Origin: Candidatus Doudnabacteria bacterium
GTDB taxonomy: Bacteria; Patescibacteriota; Doudnabacteria; UBA920; O2-02-FULL-48-8
NCBI GenBank assembly: GCA_016186915.1
Contig: JACPKU010000006.1
Span: 350,086-414,085, forward strand
Reading direction: 5' to 3'
Length of the DNA: 64,000 nucleotides
Within the stretch, counting starts at the first letter, position 1; each line of letters starts with the position of its first letter. A program made the translations under genes and the position numbers. The notes below the pieces were generated by a model that saw nothing but the letters and a program-made list of their open reading frames with translations, was not told where the DNA came from and did no database searches. This document shows positions 51,762-61,600 of the stretch, piece after piece.

Positions 51762-53120
51762 TTATTGAATTAACTGCCATGTTTGATCTAATATTTCCCA
51801 CCCTCCGGCTGGCCCAGAACTAAAATTGGCGCTGGCCAGACCGGTTTCGTAAGTGACCACGGCAGAATTATTTATATCTAATTGATAAGCCACCACTTCT
51901 TTTAGGTTGGCGCTGTTGGTTATCTCTATTTCTCCAAACGGAGCATAGAGAATCGAGACTTGGGCGCTGTTAGTCAATTTAATTGCTGTTTCATCGACTC
52001 TTTGCGATACCAGCATTAAATAACTTCCTGCTGTCCCGGAACCAAGAATCTGAGCGCTATTTTTGATATCAATAAATCCTTGGCTTGTGGACTCTTCAAT
52101 ACCAGCTAAAATAATACCGCTAGTCGAGCCGAAGCTCGGTGCTAACTGTACTATGGCGCTATTTGAAAAAGTCACTTTCCCTGTTACCCAGATGGTGCCG
52201 GTAACAGTCAGCCGTCCAAAATTTATTACTTCCAAATCGCCGTTGATTTTAATTGGCCCCAGAGAAACAGTTCCGTTAATAACTTGGCTGCCAATCACTC
52301 CGCCAGCCGTGGCTTCTGCCTCCCAAACATTGATTTGGTCATCAGTAATGGGCAGGCCAATCGCTTCAGGATCGATGAAATCATCCGGGTTAGGGGTGGT
52401 TTGGCTGCCCCCGATAGTGCAGCTTGCTTTCGTGTCAAAAGTGGCGTTGCCGCCAACCGTGCAGTTGGAAATGGTGGTGGCCACGACATTCCCGCCAACC
52501 GTGCTTCTCAAAAGACCAAAGCTGTTGGTGCTGCCCCCGACGCTGGAGTCTTCAAGAAAATGAGACATGGCGTTCTCATCCACCTCCATGCCGTCAATTT
52601 TTCCGCTACTGCCCGCCGCAATCGCGGTACCGGAAATCCTGGCGGAATTGCTCCCAATAATATTGCCGTTACTATAAACATTGCCGATCACGCGCGCGCT
52701 GTTCGTCATTTCTAACCCGCCTTGTCCCACCTGCACGCCATAGTTGAAACTTATGTTAGTCGTCCCTGTGGCCGCGGTTACCTGCACCACTCTTTTCGCT
52801 CTGGGATTGGCAGCGCTGGGAACAAACGCCTCCGCCCGGATGAGTTTGTTGCCGCCGGCAAGATCAGTAATCGTGACATTGTATTCCCCGGCTTGAAAGG
52901 AAGTGCCGTTCTCTCCGGTATAACCGGGTTGATTATTTAATTTCCAAATCGCTGTTTCGACAGCGGCTTCCGCAATGCTCAATCCCTGCACGCGGCCCAA
53001 GGCTTGGCGGTGCGACCGAATCTCTACCGTGGCATAGCCAACCAAGGCCACCACCAAAGTGATTACAATGGCCATAAACACCAGCGTGATAATGATAATT
53101 TGGCCTCTTTGTGAGTTCAT
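51762..53120 (-). CDS. PilX-like minor pilin
   Basis: QRGQIIIITLV N-terminus, AEAAVE, large beta-rich domain. Confidence 0.8.
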   Translation of the reverse strand: MNSQRGQIIIITLVFMAIVITLVVALVGYATVEIRSHRQALGRVQGLSIAEAAVETAIWKLNNQPGYTGENGTSFQAGEYNVTITDLAGGNKLIRAEAFVPSAANPRAKRVVQVTAATGTTNISFNYGVQVGQGGLEMTNSARVIGNVYSNGNIIGSNSARISGTAIAAGSSGKIDGMEVDENAMSHFLEDSSVGGSTNSFGLLRSTVGGNVVATTISNCTVGGNATFDTKASCTIGGSQTTPNPDDFIDPEAIGLPITDDQINVWEAEATAGGVIGSQVINGTVSLGPIKINGDLEVINFGRLTVTGTIWVTGKVTFSNSAIVQLAPSFGSTSGIILAGIEESTSQGFIDIKNSAQILGSGTAGSYLMLVSQRVDETAIKLTNSAQVSILYAPFGEIEITNSANLKEVVAYQLDINNSAVVTYETGLASANFSSGPAGGWEILDQTWQLIQ

Positions 53121-53695
53121 TTATTTCTTATTCTTGATTTCGAAGAAAGAGTGAGGCTTTTGGTCTGTAATCCAAGGTCTTCAGAAATGGTCAAATCAGT
53201 GGCAACTTCGGTAACCAAATCGTAATCAGGGCTGTCCAACGTAAATGCCAAGTCCCCAACGTTTTCCGCCAGCTTCTTAGTTCCCGGGCTTCTGGCGCTC
53301 AAAGCATCTGGCAAGGTCTCTCGATATAGATTCGCGTTGTTCAAATAGTAAACTACGTAGTCGTTGCTTGATGGAATTAGCTGGTCTTGGGCGTTGACTG
53401 ACTGAATTTCTAAAACCAACACCTGTGCGCCTGCAGTAAAGGTACTATAACTTGCCACTGCTCTGGTGGCGGAACGGGTCGCGGCATCTATATCGTCCAG
53501 TGACGCTCTCGCGGAGCTGTTAAGTTTCAGTTCGGAAGTTTGAGTCCTATAAAGTCTGTTTTGTCCGATAAATAAATTAACGATCACAATGCTCAATATA
53601 GCGAATAAAGCAACGACAATAATCATTTCTATCAAAGTAAACCCCCTGGAAGAATGTGGAATGTGGAATGTGGAATGTGGAGTTGGGTTTGCCAT
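53117..53695 (-). CDS. Prepilin (PilW-like)
   Basis: RG-FTLIEM cleavage motif. Confidence 0.88.
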   Translation of the reverse strand: MANPTPHSTFHIPHSSRGFTLIEMIIVVALFAILSIVIVNLFIGQNRLYRTQTSELKLNSSARASLDDIDAATRSATRAVASYSTFTAGAQVLVLEIQSVNAQDQLIPSSNDYVVYYLNNANLYRETLPDALSARSPGTKKLAENVGDLAFTLDSPDYDLVTEVATDLTISEDLGLQTKSLTLSSKSRIRNK

Positions 53696-53728
53696 ATTCT
53701 ATATTCTAAATTCTATATTCTGACTTCT
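53652..53728. repeat. Inverted heptamer arrays around the prepilin start
   Basis: (GAATGTG)x4 at 53652-53679 and TATTCTA-like x4 at 53695-53722. Confidence 0.75.
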
Positions 53729-54120
53729 CATGGATTTATTCCTCCTGCTCCTGCTAAAGTTTCGAGTTCTAGCTGTTTCGCTATCCCATCATTCCAAGTC
53801 ACGGTAACACTAATCTCTTTCAGCCCGGTAAAACTTCCTGAATCAACAACTGTAAAACTGCCCGCCCCTTGGGGAATCTGTGCTAACAATGCATCTGTGA
53901 TGGTGCCCGAGGGCGGCAATGACTCTACTGGTATTGATCGCAGCTCCTCTACCTGCGTGCTGGCCACATGATAAGCCAGATTCTCGAATCTTAATTTTTT
54001 CGTTATGGCCACGACATTAAGCGCCGCCACATACAAAATCAAAAGCACGGCCAACATGCCTAGACTTATAAGTACTTCTATCAGGCTGATGCCTTTTTGG
54101 GAATGTGATATGTGTTCCAT
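53728..54120 (-). CDS. Prepilin (PilV-like)
   Basis: KG-ISLIEV motif, ISVTVTW. Confidence 0.85.
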   Translation of the reverse strand: MEHISHSQKGISLIEVLISLGMLAVLLILYVAALNVVAITKKLRFENLAYHVASTQVEELRSIPVESLPPSGTITDALLAQIPQGAGSFTVVDSGSFTGLKEISVTVTWNDGIAKQLELETLAGAGGINP

Positions 54121-54122
54121 GA

Positions 54123-55337
54123 CTATCCTATGGTTTGCGTAATATTATAAATCGGAGTAATCAGGGCGATTGCTAAAAATCCAACCACGGATCCAATAAT
54201 CACCATCAGCACCGGCTCCAAAATTGAAGACATATTCTTCATAGTTTGGTCAATCTCAGTCTCATAAAAATCCGCCACCTCCGTAAGCACCGCTTCCGTG
54301 GTTCCCGACTCCTCTCCCACTTCCATCATTTGAATTACCAAGTTGGAAAACAACTTCGGCTGCTTTTTAAAGGCGCTGGATAGCGGAGAGCCGATTTTCA
54401 CCTTGGAAGAAGCATCAGAAATTGTTCGTTGATAGTAAACGTTATTTACCACATGGGCAGAGACTGACAACGCCTCCACAATTGGCATGCCGCTTTTAAC
54501 CAATGAAGCCAGCACTCGGACAAATCTGGCCTGATTGATTTTTATAACGAGACCGGAAACAACAGGAACATAAAAAACTAGTTTATGCAGCACGGTTTTC
54601 CCGGATTCAGTTTTTCTCCAAAAAACGAAGGCAATAATCAAGCCAACCAGCAAGGCCAAAATCAACAGTCCATAATGAGCAAATACATCCACTACTCCAA
54701 TTACTATCCTGGTCATAAAAGGCAGTTCCACGCCTAAATCCACAAATGTTTGAGTGAGTTTCGGCAACACAAACGTAAACATCAAAAAACCGACAATCAC
54801 CAAAGCTCCCAAAACAACCAAGGGGTAAGTCAGCGCCCCTTTGGCCTTGGCAATCAGGTCATAGTCGCGCTGTAACTGGTCGGCAAGATAGAATAAATTT
54901 TTTTCCAGATTTCCCGACACTTCTCCGACATGCACCATGCTGACAAAAATCGGAGAAAAAACTTTTGGAAAACGTGCCAGCGAGTCAGCCAGAGAAGTCC
55001 CGCTTTCCACCCCTCGGGCCACCTCCGCAATAATTTTGGCAAACTTCGGATTAGGCGTCTGGGCTGTTAGAATTTTTAAACTCCGAGACACTGGTAGCCC
55101 TGCTCGAATCATCACTCCAAGATTCTTGATAAAAGTAATTTTGTCCAACAGCTTGATTCGGGCAAACCACTCATTCACCGCAGAAAAATTGATGGATTTT
55201 TTCACCAATTTAATGGAAGTCGGCAGCATTCCTTGACTGCGCAGCCGATCCACCACCGCTCGCTCGTTGAAAGCCTCAATAATGTTTTCCTCCACCATCC
55301 CGGCTTTGTTTCTGGCAATGTAAGAATATTCTGGCAT
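54123..55337 (-). CDS. pilC: Type IV pilus platform protein PilC/GspF
   Basis: GEVSGNL, ALTYP, VGEESG, LEPVL. Confidence 0.93.
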   Translation of the reverse strand: MPEYSYIARNKAGMVEENIIEAFNERAVVDRLRSQGMLPTSIKLVKKSINFSAVNEWFARIKLLDKITFIKNLGVMIRAGLPVSRSLKILTAQTPNPKFAKIIAEVARGVESGTSLADSLARFPKVFSPIFVSMVHVGEVSGNLEKNLFYLADQLQRDYDLIAKAKGALTYPLVVLGALVIVGFLMFTFVLPKLTQTFVDLGVELPFMTRIVIGVVDVFAHYGLLILALLVGLIIAFVFWRKTESGKTVLHKLVFYVPVVSGLVIKINQARFVRVLASLVKSGMPIVEALSVSAHVVNNVYYQRTISDASSKVKIGSPLSSAFKKQPKLFSNLVIQMMEVGEESGTTEAVLTEVADFYETEIDQTMKNMSSILEPVLMVIIGSVVGFLAIALITPIYNITQTIG

Positions 55338-55345
55338 ATTAGTGT

Positions 55346-55473
55346 AAGCTCCAAATCACAAGCATCAAATAACAAACAGGTTCCAAGCACCAAAATCTAA
55401 GTTCCGGACTTTGGAGTTTGAAATTTGTGATTTGATATTTATTTGGGATTTGTTATTTGTCATTTGGGATTTG
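55346..55473. repeat. Inverted degenerate heptamer arrays
   Basis: CAAAT/CAAGC-type units followed by TTTGGGA/TTTGTNA-type units between pilB and pilC. Confidence 0.75.
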
Positions 55474-55486
55474 AATAGAATCAATT

Positions 55487-57280
55487 CTATTCCTTGCTTA
55501 CTCTTAGGACTTCTTCGATCGTGGTCTTGCCTTGTATGCTCTTAATAAATCCGTCTTGCCACATCAGGATCATGCCCTGTTCAATCGCCTTGTCCTGAAT
55601 CTGGCTCGTCGGCGCGTGCTTAAGAATCAAATCCTGAATGGCCGGACTAACTTCCAAGACTTCATAAATTCCCATTCGTCCTTTATACCCGGTGCTGCCG
55701 CATTTGTCGCAGCCTCGTCCTTTATAAAAAGTCAGATCAGCCAGGCTCTTTATTTTGGTTTCAACCACTTTTTCACGTTTAAGTATGCCAAGCAGACTTT
55801 CGATGTTATACTGCTGTTTTAGGCTTTCTTCAAATTCTTCGTCCACATGATATTCCTCTTTGCATTCTTGACAAACCTGCCGAGTGAGACGCTGGCCGAC
55901 CACGGCATTGATCGTAGAAGCAATCAAATAAGGCTCTACCCCAATGTCTAACAGTCTGGGCAAGGCTCCGGCGGCATTGTTGGTATGTAAGGTCGAAAGC
56001 ACGATGTGTCCGGTCAATGCGGCGTGCACCGCTTCCTCTGCTGTTTCTGCGTCCCGAATCTCCCCGATCATAATTATGTTCGGATCTTGGCGAAGCAGAG
56101 CTCTTAGACCCATGGCAAAGGTTAGACCGATTTTGGGATTAACCTGCATTTGATTAACGCCCATGACCCGGTATTCAATCGGATCTTCAATGGTCGAGAT
56201 GTTGACACCCTTGGTATTAAGCAGGGAAATAATCGTGTACAGCGTGGTGGACTTGCCGCTGCCGGTAGGACCGGTAACCAAAAGCGCGCCGTGTGGTTTT
56301 TTAACATTGCGCATTATGGTTTCGTAATTTCTGGCTATAAATCCCAGTTCTTCCAAGGTCATGGCCCGGGCGGATTCGTCAAGCAGGCGCATTACAACTT
56401 TTTCTCCGTCAAAAATCGGGATTACCGAAATACGAAAAGATATTTTGTAGTTATCTTTTTCGATCTTAAACCTGCCGTCCTGCGGAAGGCGATGCTCGTC
56501 AATTTTGAGGTTGCTGATCACCTTGATCCTGGCAATTAGCGCTGGCTGAATAACTTTGGGCAGAGTCATCACGTCATGCAACACACCGTCAATCCGATAC
56601 CTGACCATTACTTCTTTTTCCTGGGGTTCAATGTGGATGTCAGAGGCCTTTTCAAAAATTGCGTATTCCAGGAGTGTGTCCACCACTCTGACCACAGGAA
56701 TTTCTTCCGCCATCTCTTGCAGTTTTTGCGTAACATTTTTAGGCTCTTTTTTATCATCTTTTTCCTGACGGGAAATAATCTTGGCGAACTCCGCCTCCAA
56801 CGAGGTATGGTATTGCTTCAGCCCCCACTCTAAAGAAGATTTGGAAGTCAAAAACGGTGCAACCTGCAGGTCGGTCTTTTTCTTAATCGCCTCTCGAGTC
56901 TGCAGATCATCCGGATCAATCATGGCCAAATTCAGCTTGTCTTTTTCCTTGGCGAACGCAATCACGCCATAACGCCGAGCAATCGGCTCGGGAACCAAAA
57001 ACAATACCTCTTTGGGAATTTGAGCGATGTCTTTTAGATCAACATATTGCACATCCAAAAACCCCGCTGTAATCTGGGAGAGTTTCTCCTCCTCCACAAT
57101 TTTTTTGTCGATCAACAAAGAAGCCACGTTCTGTTTCTTTGCGTGGGCTTCTGAAACAAGCTCTTCCCAGGCTTTGCTGGAAATAACTTTTTTAGCAACC
57201 AATGATTTTTTTAGTGTTCCTTCGTCTAACACTTTCTTGTTTGATTTTAATATCTGTTTCTTTTCACTAAGACTCGCCAA
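55487..57280 (-). CDS. pilB: Type IV pilus assembly ATPase PilB/GspE (start uncertain)
   Basis: ASDIHIEP, GPTGSGKSTT, TIEDPIE, LRQDPNIIMIGEIRD, STLHTN, two CxxC. Confidence 0.95.
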   Translation of the reverse strand: MASLSEKKQILKSNKKVLDEGTLKKSLVAKKVISSKAWEELVSEAHAKKQNVASLLIDKKIVEEEKLSQITAGFLDVQYVDLKDIAQIPKEVLFLVPEPIARRYGVIAFAKEKDKLNLAMIDPDDLQTREAIKKKTDLQVAPFLTSKSSLEWGLKQYHTSLEAEFAKIISRQEKDDKKEPKNVTQKLQEMAEEIPVVRVVDTLLEYAIFEKASDIHIEPQEKEVMVRYRIDGVLHDVMTLPKVIQPALIARIKVISNLKIDEHRLPQDGRFKIEKDNYKISFRISVIPIFDGEKVVMRLLDESARAMTLEELGFIARNYETIMRNVKKPHGALLVTGPTGSGKSTTLYTIISLLNTKGVNISTIEDPIEYRVMGVNQMQVNPKIGLTFAMGLRALLRQDPNIIMIGEIRDAETAEEAVHAALTGHIVLSTLHTNNAAGALPRLLDIGVEPYLIASTINAVVGQRLTRQVCQECKEEYHVDEEFEESLKQQYNIESLLGILKREKVVETKIKSLADLTFYKGRGCDKCGSTGYKGRMGIYEVLEVSPAIQDLILKHAPTSQIQDKAIEQGMILMWQDGFIKSIQGKTTIEEVLRVSKE

Positions 57281-57349
57281 TTTCACTTTAATTATAAAAG
57301 AATTGACCTGATTTGTCAAAAAACCTCTTTGGCAATTCTAACCTGAAGT

Positions 57350-57797
57350 GCAACCGCCGACTGGGCAAAGACGAATCAACTGTTAGTCGAGAAATCAGTC
57401 GTAACAAGAACACGGCAGGAAAATATACAGCCGGATTAGCAGACCAAGCATCACGGAAACGGAGAATTTCCGGCAAGCGCAAGAGTCGGAAACTGATTAA
57501 GGATAAACAATTAAGACGGGCGGTGTTGTCACTGCTTAAGAAAAAGAAACCGGCATAACAATATATTTTGCCTATCCCTACCACAGCTGGGAACGGGGCG
57601 CTAACGAAAACTTTAATGGCCTACTTCGGCAATACTTTCCTAAGGGAATACCCTTTGCTACAATTACCCAAAAGGGTGTTGATCGGGCAGTCCGTGAATT
57701 AAATCATCGTTCCAGAAAACGGTTAAACTATCTAACTCTATATGAGGTCTTTGTTAAAGGCATGAAGCCTTAAACCAGTTGCGATTCAGTTTGGAAA
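57350..57797 (+). mobile_element. IS30-family transposase remnant (internally deleted) with right end
   Basis: LGKDESTVSREISRN..GKY HTH, then another frame gives YFAYPYHSWERGANENFNGLLRQYFPKG..LNHRSRKRLNY; GTTGCGATTCAGTTTGGAA end-like motif. Confidence 0.85.
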
Positions 57798-57817
57798 GTA
57801 GGCTACCGTACATACGT

Positions 57818-57847
57818 ACATAAAAACAGCGACCGCTAAATTTATGT
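57818..57847. repeat. Imperfect palindrome at the 3' end of the PaaX-like gene
   Basis: ACATAAAAACAGCG-AC-CGCTAAATTTATGT. Confidence 0.75.
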
Positions 57848-58395
57848 TAAGTGGGGAGATCAAAAAACTTCATCAAATCTGTCTGCCTGTCAATGCTTTC
57901 CGCCGTGATCAATCGAACAAACGGCCTGATTTCATAGGCCTCCTTCATTAGGTCAACTTCTTCCAATATTTCATAAGGCCAAACCCAGACACTTTTTTGC
58001 AATTGATACAAGCCTAACAGTTTAAGTTTTTGCGCGAAGACCAATCGGCGAAACTTAAACTTTTCCGGAACATCAAAGATCACGATGCGCCATTTACCAT
58101 CCCATTTCTTAGGCCTCGTCAATTGCAGCTCTCCTAAGCGAAACTTTTCTAACCTTATTTTCCCTTTTTCCGTGAGCATCACCAGATTACCATTAGGCGT
58201 TTTTTTAACAGTGATCAGGCCGCTGCGCTTGGCATAATCAAAGGCTCTTTTTGCTTGTGGTTGCTTATACCCTCGAGATTTAAGTAAACCAAGTGCTGAA
58301 AAAAGATTAGGCGCCGTTGCCGCGACTATGATTACCCCCGCCAGTCCAATCCCTATTAATAAATATTTTAAAACCTCGGTCCCTTTTATTCTCAT
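57847..58395 (-). CDS. PaaX-like wHTH plus Cas2/VapD-like domain protein
   Basis: AATAPNL, LTEKG, KWDGKWRIVIFDVPE, LGLYQLQKSVWVWPY. Confidence 0.85.
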   Translation of the reverse strand: MRIKGTEVLKYLLIGIGLAGVIIVAATAPNLFSALGLLKSRGYKQPQAKRAFDYAKRSGLITVKKTPNGNLVMLTEKGKIRLEKFRLGELQLTRPKKWDGKWRIVIFDVPEKFKFRRLVFAQKLKLLGLYQLQKSVWVWPYEILEEVDLMKEAYEIRPFVRLITAESIDRQTDLMKFFDLPT

Positions 58396-58455
58396 ATATT
58401 GTTTAATTTTCGATCAATGCTCGCTTATTAGTATTCTGTAATCCCCTGACCCATG

Positions 58456-58489
58456 TGACATAATTTTAGCGACCGCTAAAATTATGTCA
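58456..58489. repeat. Perfect 16-2-16 palindrome upstream of the PaaX-like gene
   Basis: TGACATAATTTTAGCG-AC-CGCTAAAATTATGTCA. Confidence 0.85.
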
Positions 58490-58646
58490 ATAGACAAATC
58501 CCTTTGCTGATCTTTTTAGCCTTGTAATATCCTTAATGCTTTTTATATCTATATACGACAGTGTTCCGGTAGACCAGGGTCAAGTTGTAAAAAATATTAA
58601 CCCCCAAGACTGGTCAGAGGCCAGAGTCACCTACTAAGAAAATTTT

Positions 58647-58677
58647 AAAAGACTCCCCTTAGAAAGGGGAGTCTTTT
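58647..58677 (-). terminator. Intrinsic terminator
   Basis: AAAAGACTCCCCT..AGGGGAGTCTTTT. Confidence 0.8.
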
Positions 58678-58688
58678 CGATTATGCCT

Positions 58689-61600
58689 TTACTCCACCAA
58701 GCCGCCGTCTTCGTATTTCCCGGTTAAAGCAGCTGGAATGGCGTTTTCGGTTTTGTAACCGCGGAATGACAGATCTTCGCGGGAGGAGAACTTCTTCGCC
58801 TGCCCATCCGAAATCAGGTAGTAACTGCCTCCATCGTAGACCAAGGTGCCATCTCGGAATTTGACCAAGGCGCCTTCCGTTAAGGCATTGTCCGCGTCAT
58901 TGCCTGTCACAATCTTGCCCCAGTCAAAGCCATAGGTGTTGAATACGGCTTCAGATTCAAAGCCTTGGCGGGTGTTGCCTTTCACCCACCAGACTGTAAC
59001 TCCGTCGGAACCCAAGACTAAGGCGCCGTCTGGGTGAGAAAGGCTTGAGTCTTCGACAGGGTCCCCGGCTGGATAGTCAGTCAGATCAATCATGGGAAGG
59101 TTTTCGAAGTTGTAGCCTAATTGGGTAAAGACTGTCTCGGAGGTAAAGCCGCGCTTGGTGGCACCGGTGCCAATCATATAGACAGTAACCCCATCGGAGG
59201 CGTCCAAGACCAGGGTGCCTTCCAAGGCTTTTTGCACGAATTCTGCTTGCGGCAAGGCCATGTCTTGGGCATTGGCTGCCACGGCCTGGCCGAAATTGTA
59301 GCCATGCGAGAGGTATTCCGCTTCTTTTCTAAAGCCTGTTCTTTGGCCATTCTTAATCAGCCAGACGGTGCCATTGTCCAAGACTAAGGTGCCGTTGGGG
59401 TGCGCGCCGGCAGAGCCGGTAGCAGGCGTGGAAGTTTCGCTGGGAGTATCCGTGGTCGGAGTCGTGGTGGGAGTGGGTGTCGCCACCGCACCGCCACCTC
59501 CTCCGCCACCTCCTCCGCCTCCGCTGGTAAGAACAACAACCGATACGGCACTGCTGGCCGCTGACTCGTCTCCGGTTGAATTAAGAGCGCTGACCTTAAA
59601 GTAATAAGTCGAGCCGGCAGCCAAACTGGTGGCAGTAGTTGAAGTATCCGACACAGCCTTTAGGAACGGGAAACTGGAATTATCGCTTGATTGGTAGACA
59701 TTGTAAGTACTGGCTCCGGATACAGCTGTCCAACTTAAGTTAACCGAACTGGTCGAGATAGCAGTTCCAGCAAGCCCAGTTGGGGTTGCTGGCGGCGCCC
59801 CGCCGGAAGCAACCAATGGAGCAAAATCAGATAAGTGCTCCACCGTGGCAGTCAATGTATTCAAGGTTGTATCAACCGTGGTCGCCAGAGTGTCATAGGT
59901 TTGATTGGCATCATTCCAAACACCAATGACCAGCGAAGCTTCACTTGTACCAGCCGGTAAATCCGCTTCAGTATATGGAATAGTGATGGTAATTTCATCG
60001 TTCAAGCTGGAAATCGGCGAGCCGTCAGCACCCACCGCGTCAATTGATACCGCGTTTTTCTTCAAGATGGCCCCGACCGGAGGATTCGGCATAGCGGTAT
60101 TGACTTTGGTCGTAACTGTGGCCGCGTTAGAGCCAGTCCCCAGGGAGTTTGCCGGAAAATTTACGTTGAACCCAGTTCCAATATCAGTGTTGGTCACGAA
60201 TCCTCCGGAAGTCGGAGTGATTGTTTCCGGCCGTTCTGCATAAATGGTAAAGCCGGAAATCGCGGTTAACGCAAGATTTTGATCTGTTGGGCTATTGCTT
60301 GCGACGGTGACTGGCAGGGGGCCCCCTTCGTAGCCGTGGCTATGCGCCCTAATCGTCCAGGTGCCGTTGTCCACGTTTAAGGTATAAGCACCCGCGGCAT
60401 TAGTCTGGGCGACCGCGTAGCCGCCATTGCCATCAGACGCGTCAACAAAGGCATTAGATACTCCGCTACCGTCAACTGTTATTGTGCCGGTAATGGTCCG
60501 AGCGGCAGTGGTTAAGGCAATGGTGCCCACGTCAACAGTAGCGGTGGTAACCGTGGCCGTGCTTTCCGCCGGAGATTTGTAGCCTGGCTTGTCGGCGCGG
60601 ACTCGATAGGTTCCGGGCGGCACGTTGATGCTGAAGGTACCGTTGGCAATGGTTTGCGCGCCCAAGAACACCGTGTTGGTTTGCCCGGTTGGCGTGCCAT
60701 TCAAAGACACCCAAGCGCCAGAGAGAGCTACTGCGTCTCCAGTTACCGTGCCGGTCACCGCGTATAATTGTTTGGAACTGCCGACATTGTAAGTAATAGT
60801 TTGCGTAGTGCTGACGGCGGTGGTTGTTCCTAGACTGCCGTAAGCCGGATGTCCGGCGCGGACCGTGTATGTTCCCGGCGGGACGACAACGGTATAAACA
60901 GCGTTGGCGCCCGTGGTGGTGGAAGTCGAGGTAAAGTTGCCGCGGCCGTTGGAATCCCGAACTTCAACGCCGGCGTTGGCAATGGCATTCGTGCCGTCAG
61001 TAATATTGACTGTAATCGTAATAGGAGCGGCGAGCGCGCAAGCCGAGGCTTCGGTTGTGCCACCGGTAGTCACCACTACCCCCGTAATCGGCGTAGATTC
61101 ACCAACCCCAGGAAAGAAACATTTTATGCTGTAAGTTCCAGCCGGCACTTTCATGGTGTAAACGCCGTCAGAGCCGGTGATAACCATATTGCCGGAGGAT
61201 TGATCGGAGTTTTCAGCGCGCACCATAACTCCCTGCACTCCTACCGTGGCTTGAGTTGCTGAACCGGTAATTGTTCCGATAGATAATGTTTGAGCCGAGA
61301 AATCCTGGCCAGTGGCATTGGACGTGGTAATCGTAATGGTCTTGGTTCCCAATCGTCCGAATCCAGGAGCAAACGCTTCCACCACCCAAGTGCCGGCCGT
61401 GACATACAAGGTGTATGCGCCATTGGCGTCAGTGGGCCCGCCCACAAAGTTGCCGCTATCTCCCCCAACCGCCGTGGTATTGGTAGTGGAAACGACTTTG
61501 CGGCCGCTTACACCAGCGTAAGGAATGGCATTGCCGGAGTCGTCTTTAATCGTACCGGTTATAGATAGGCTGGTAGAAGCATCCAGCACGAAAGCCAGAG

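Noticed and set aside
57847-58489. CRISPR-Cas locus
   Set aside because: There are only two palindromes about 640 nt apart, no repeat-spacer array and no cas1.
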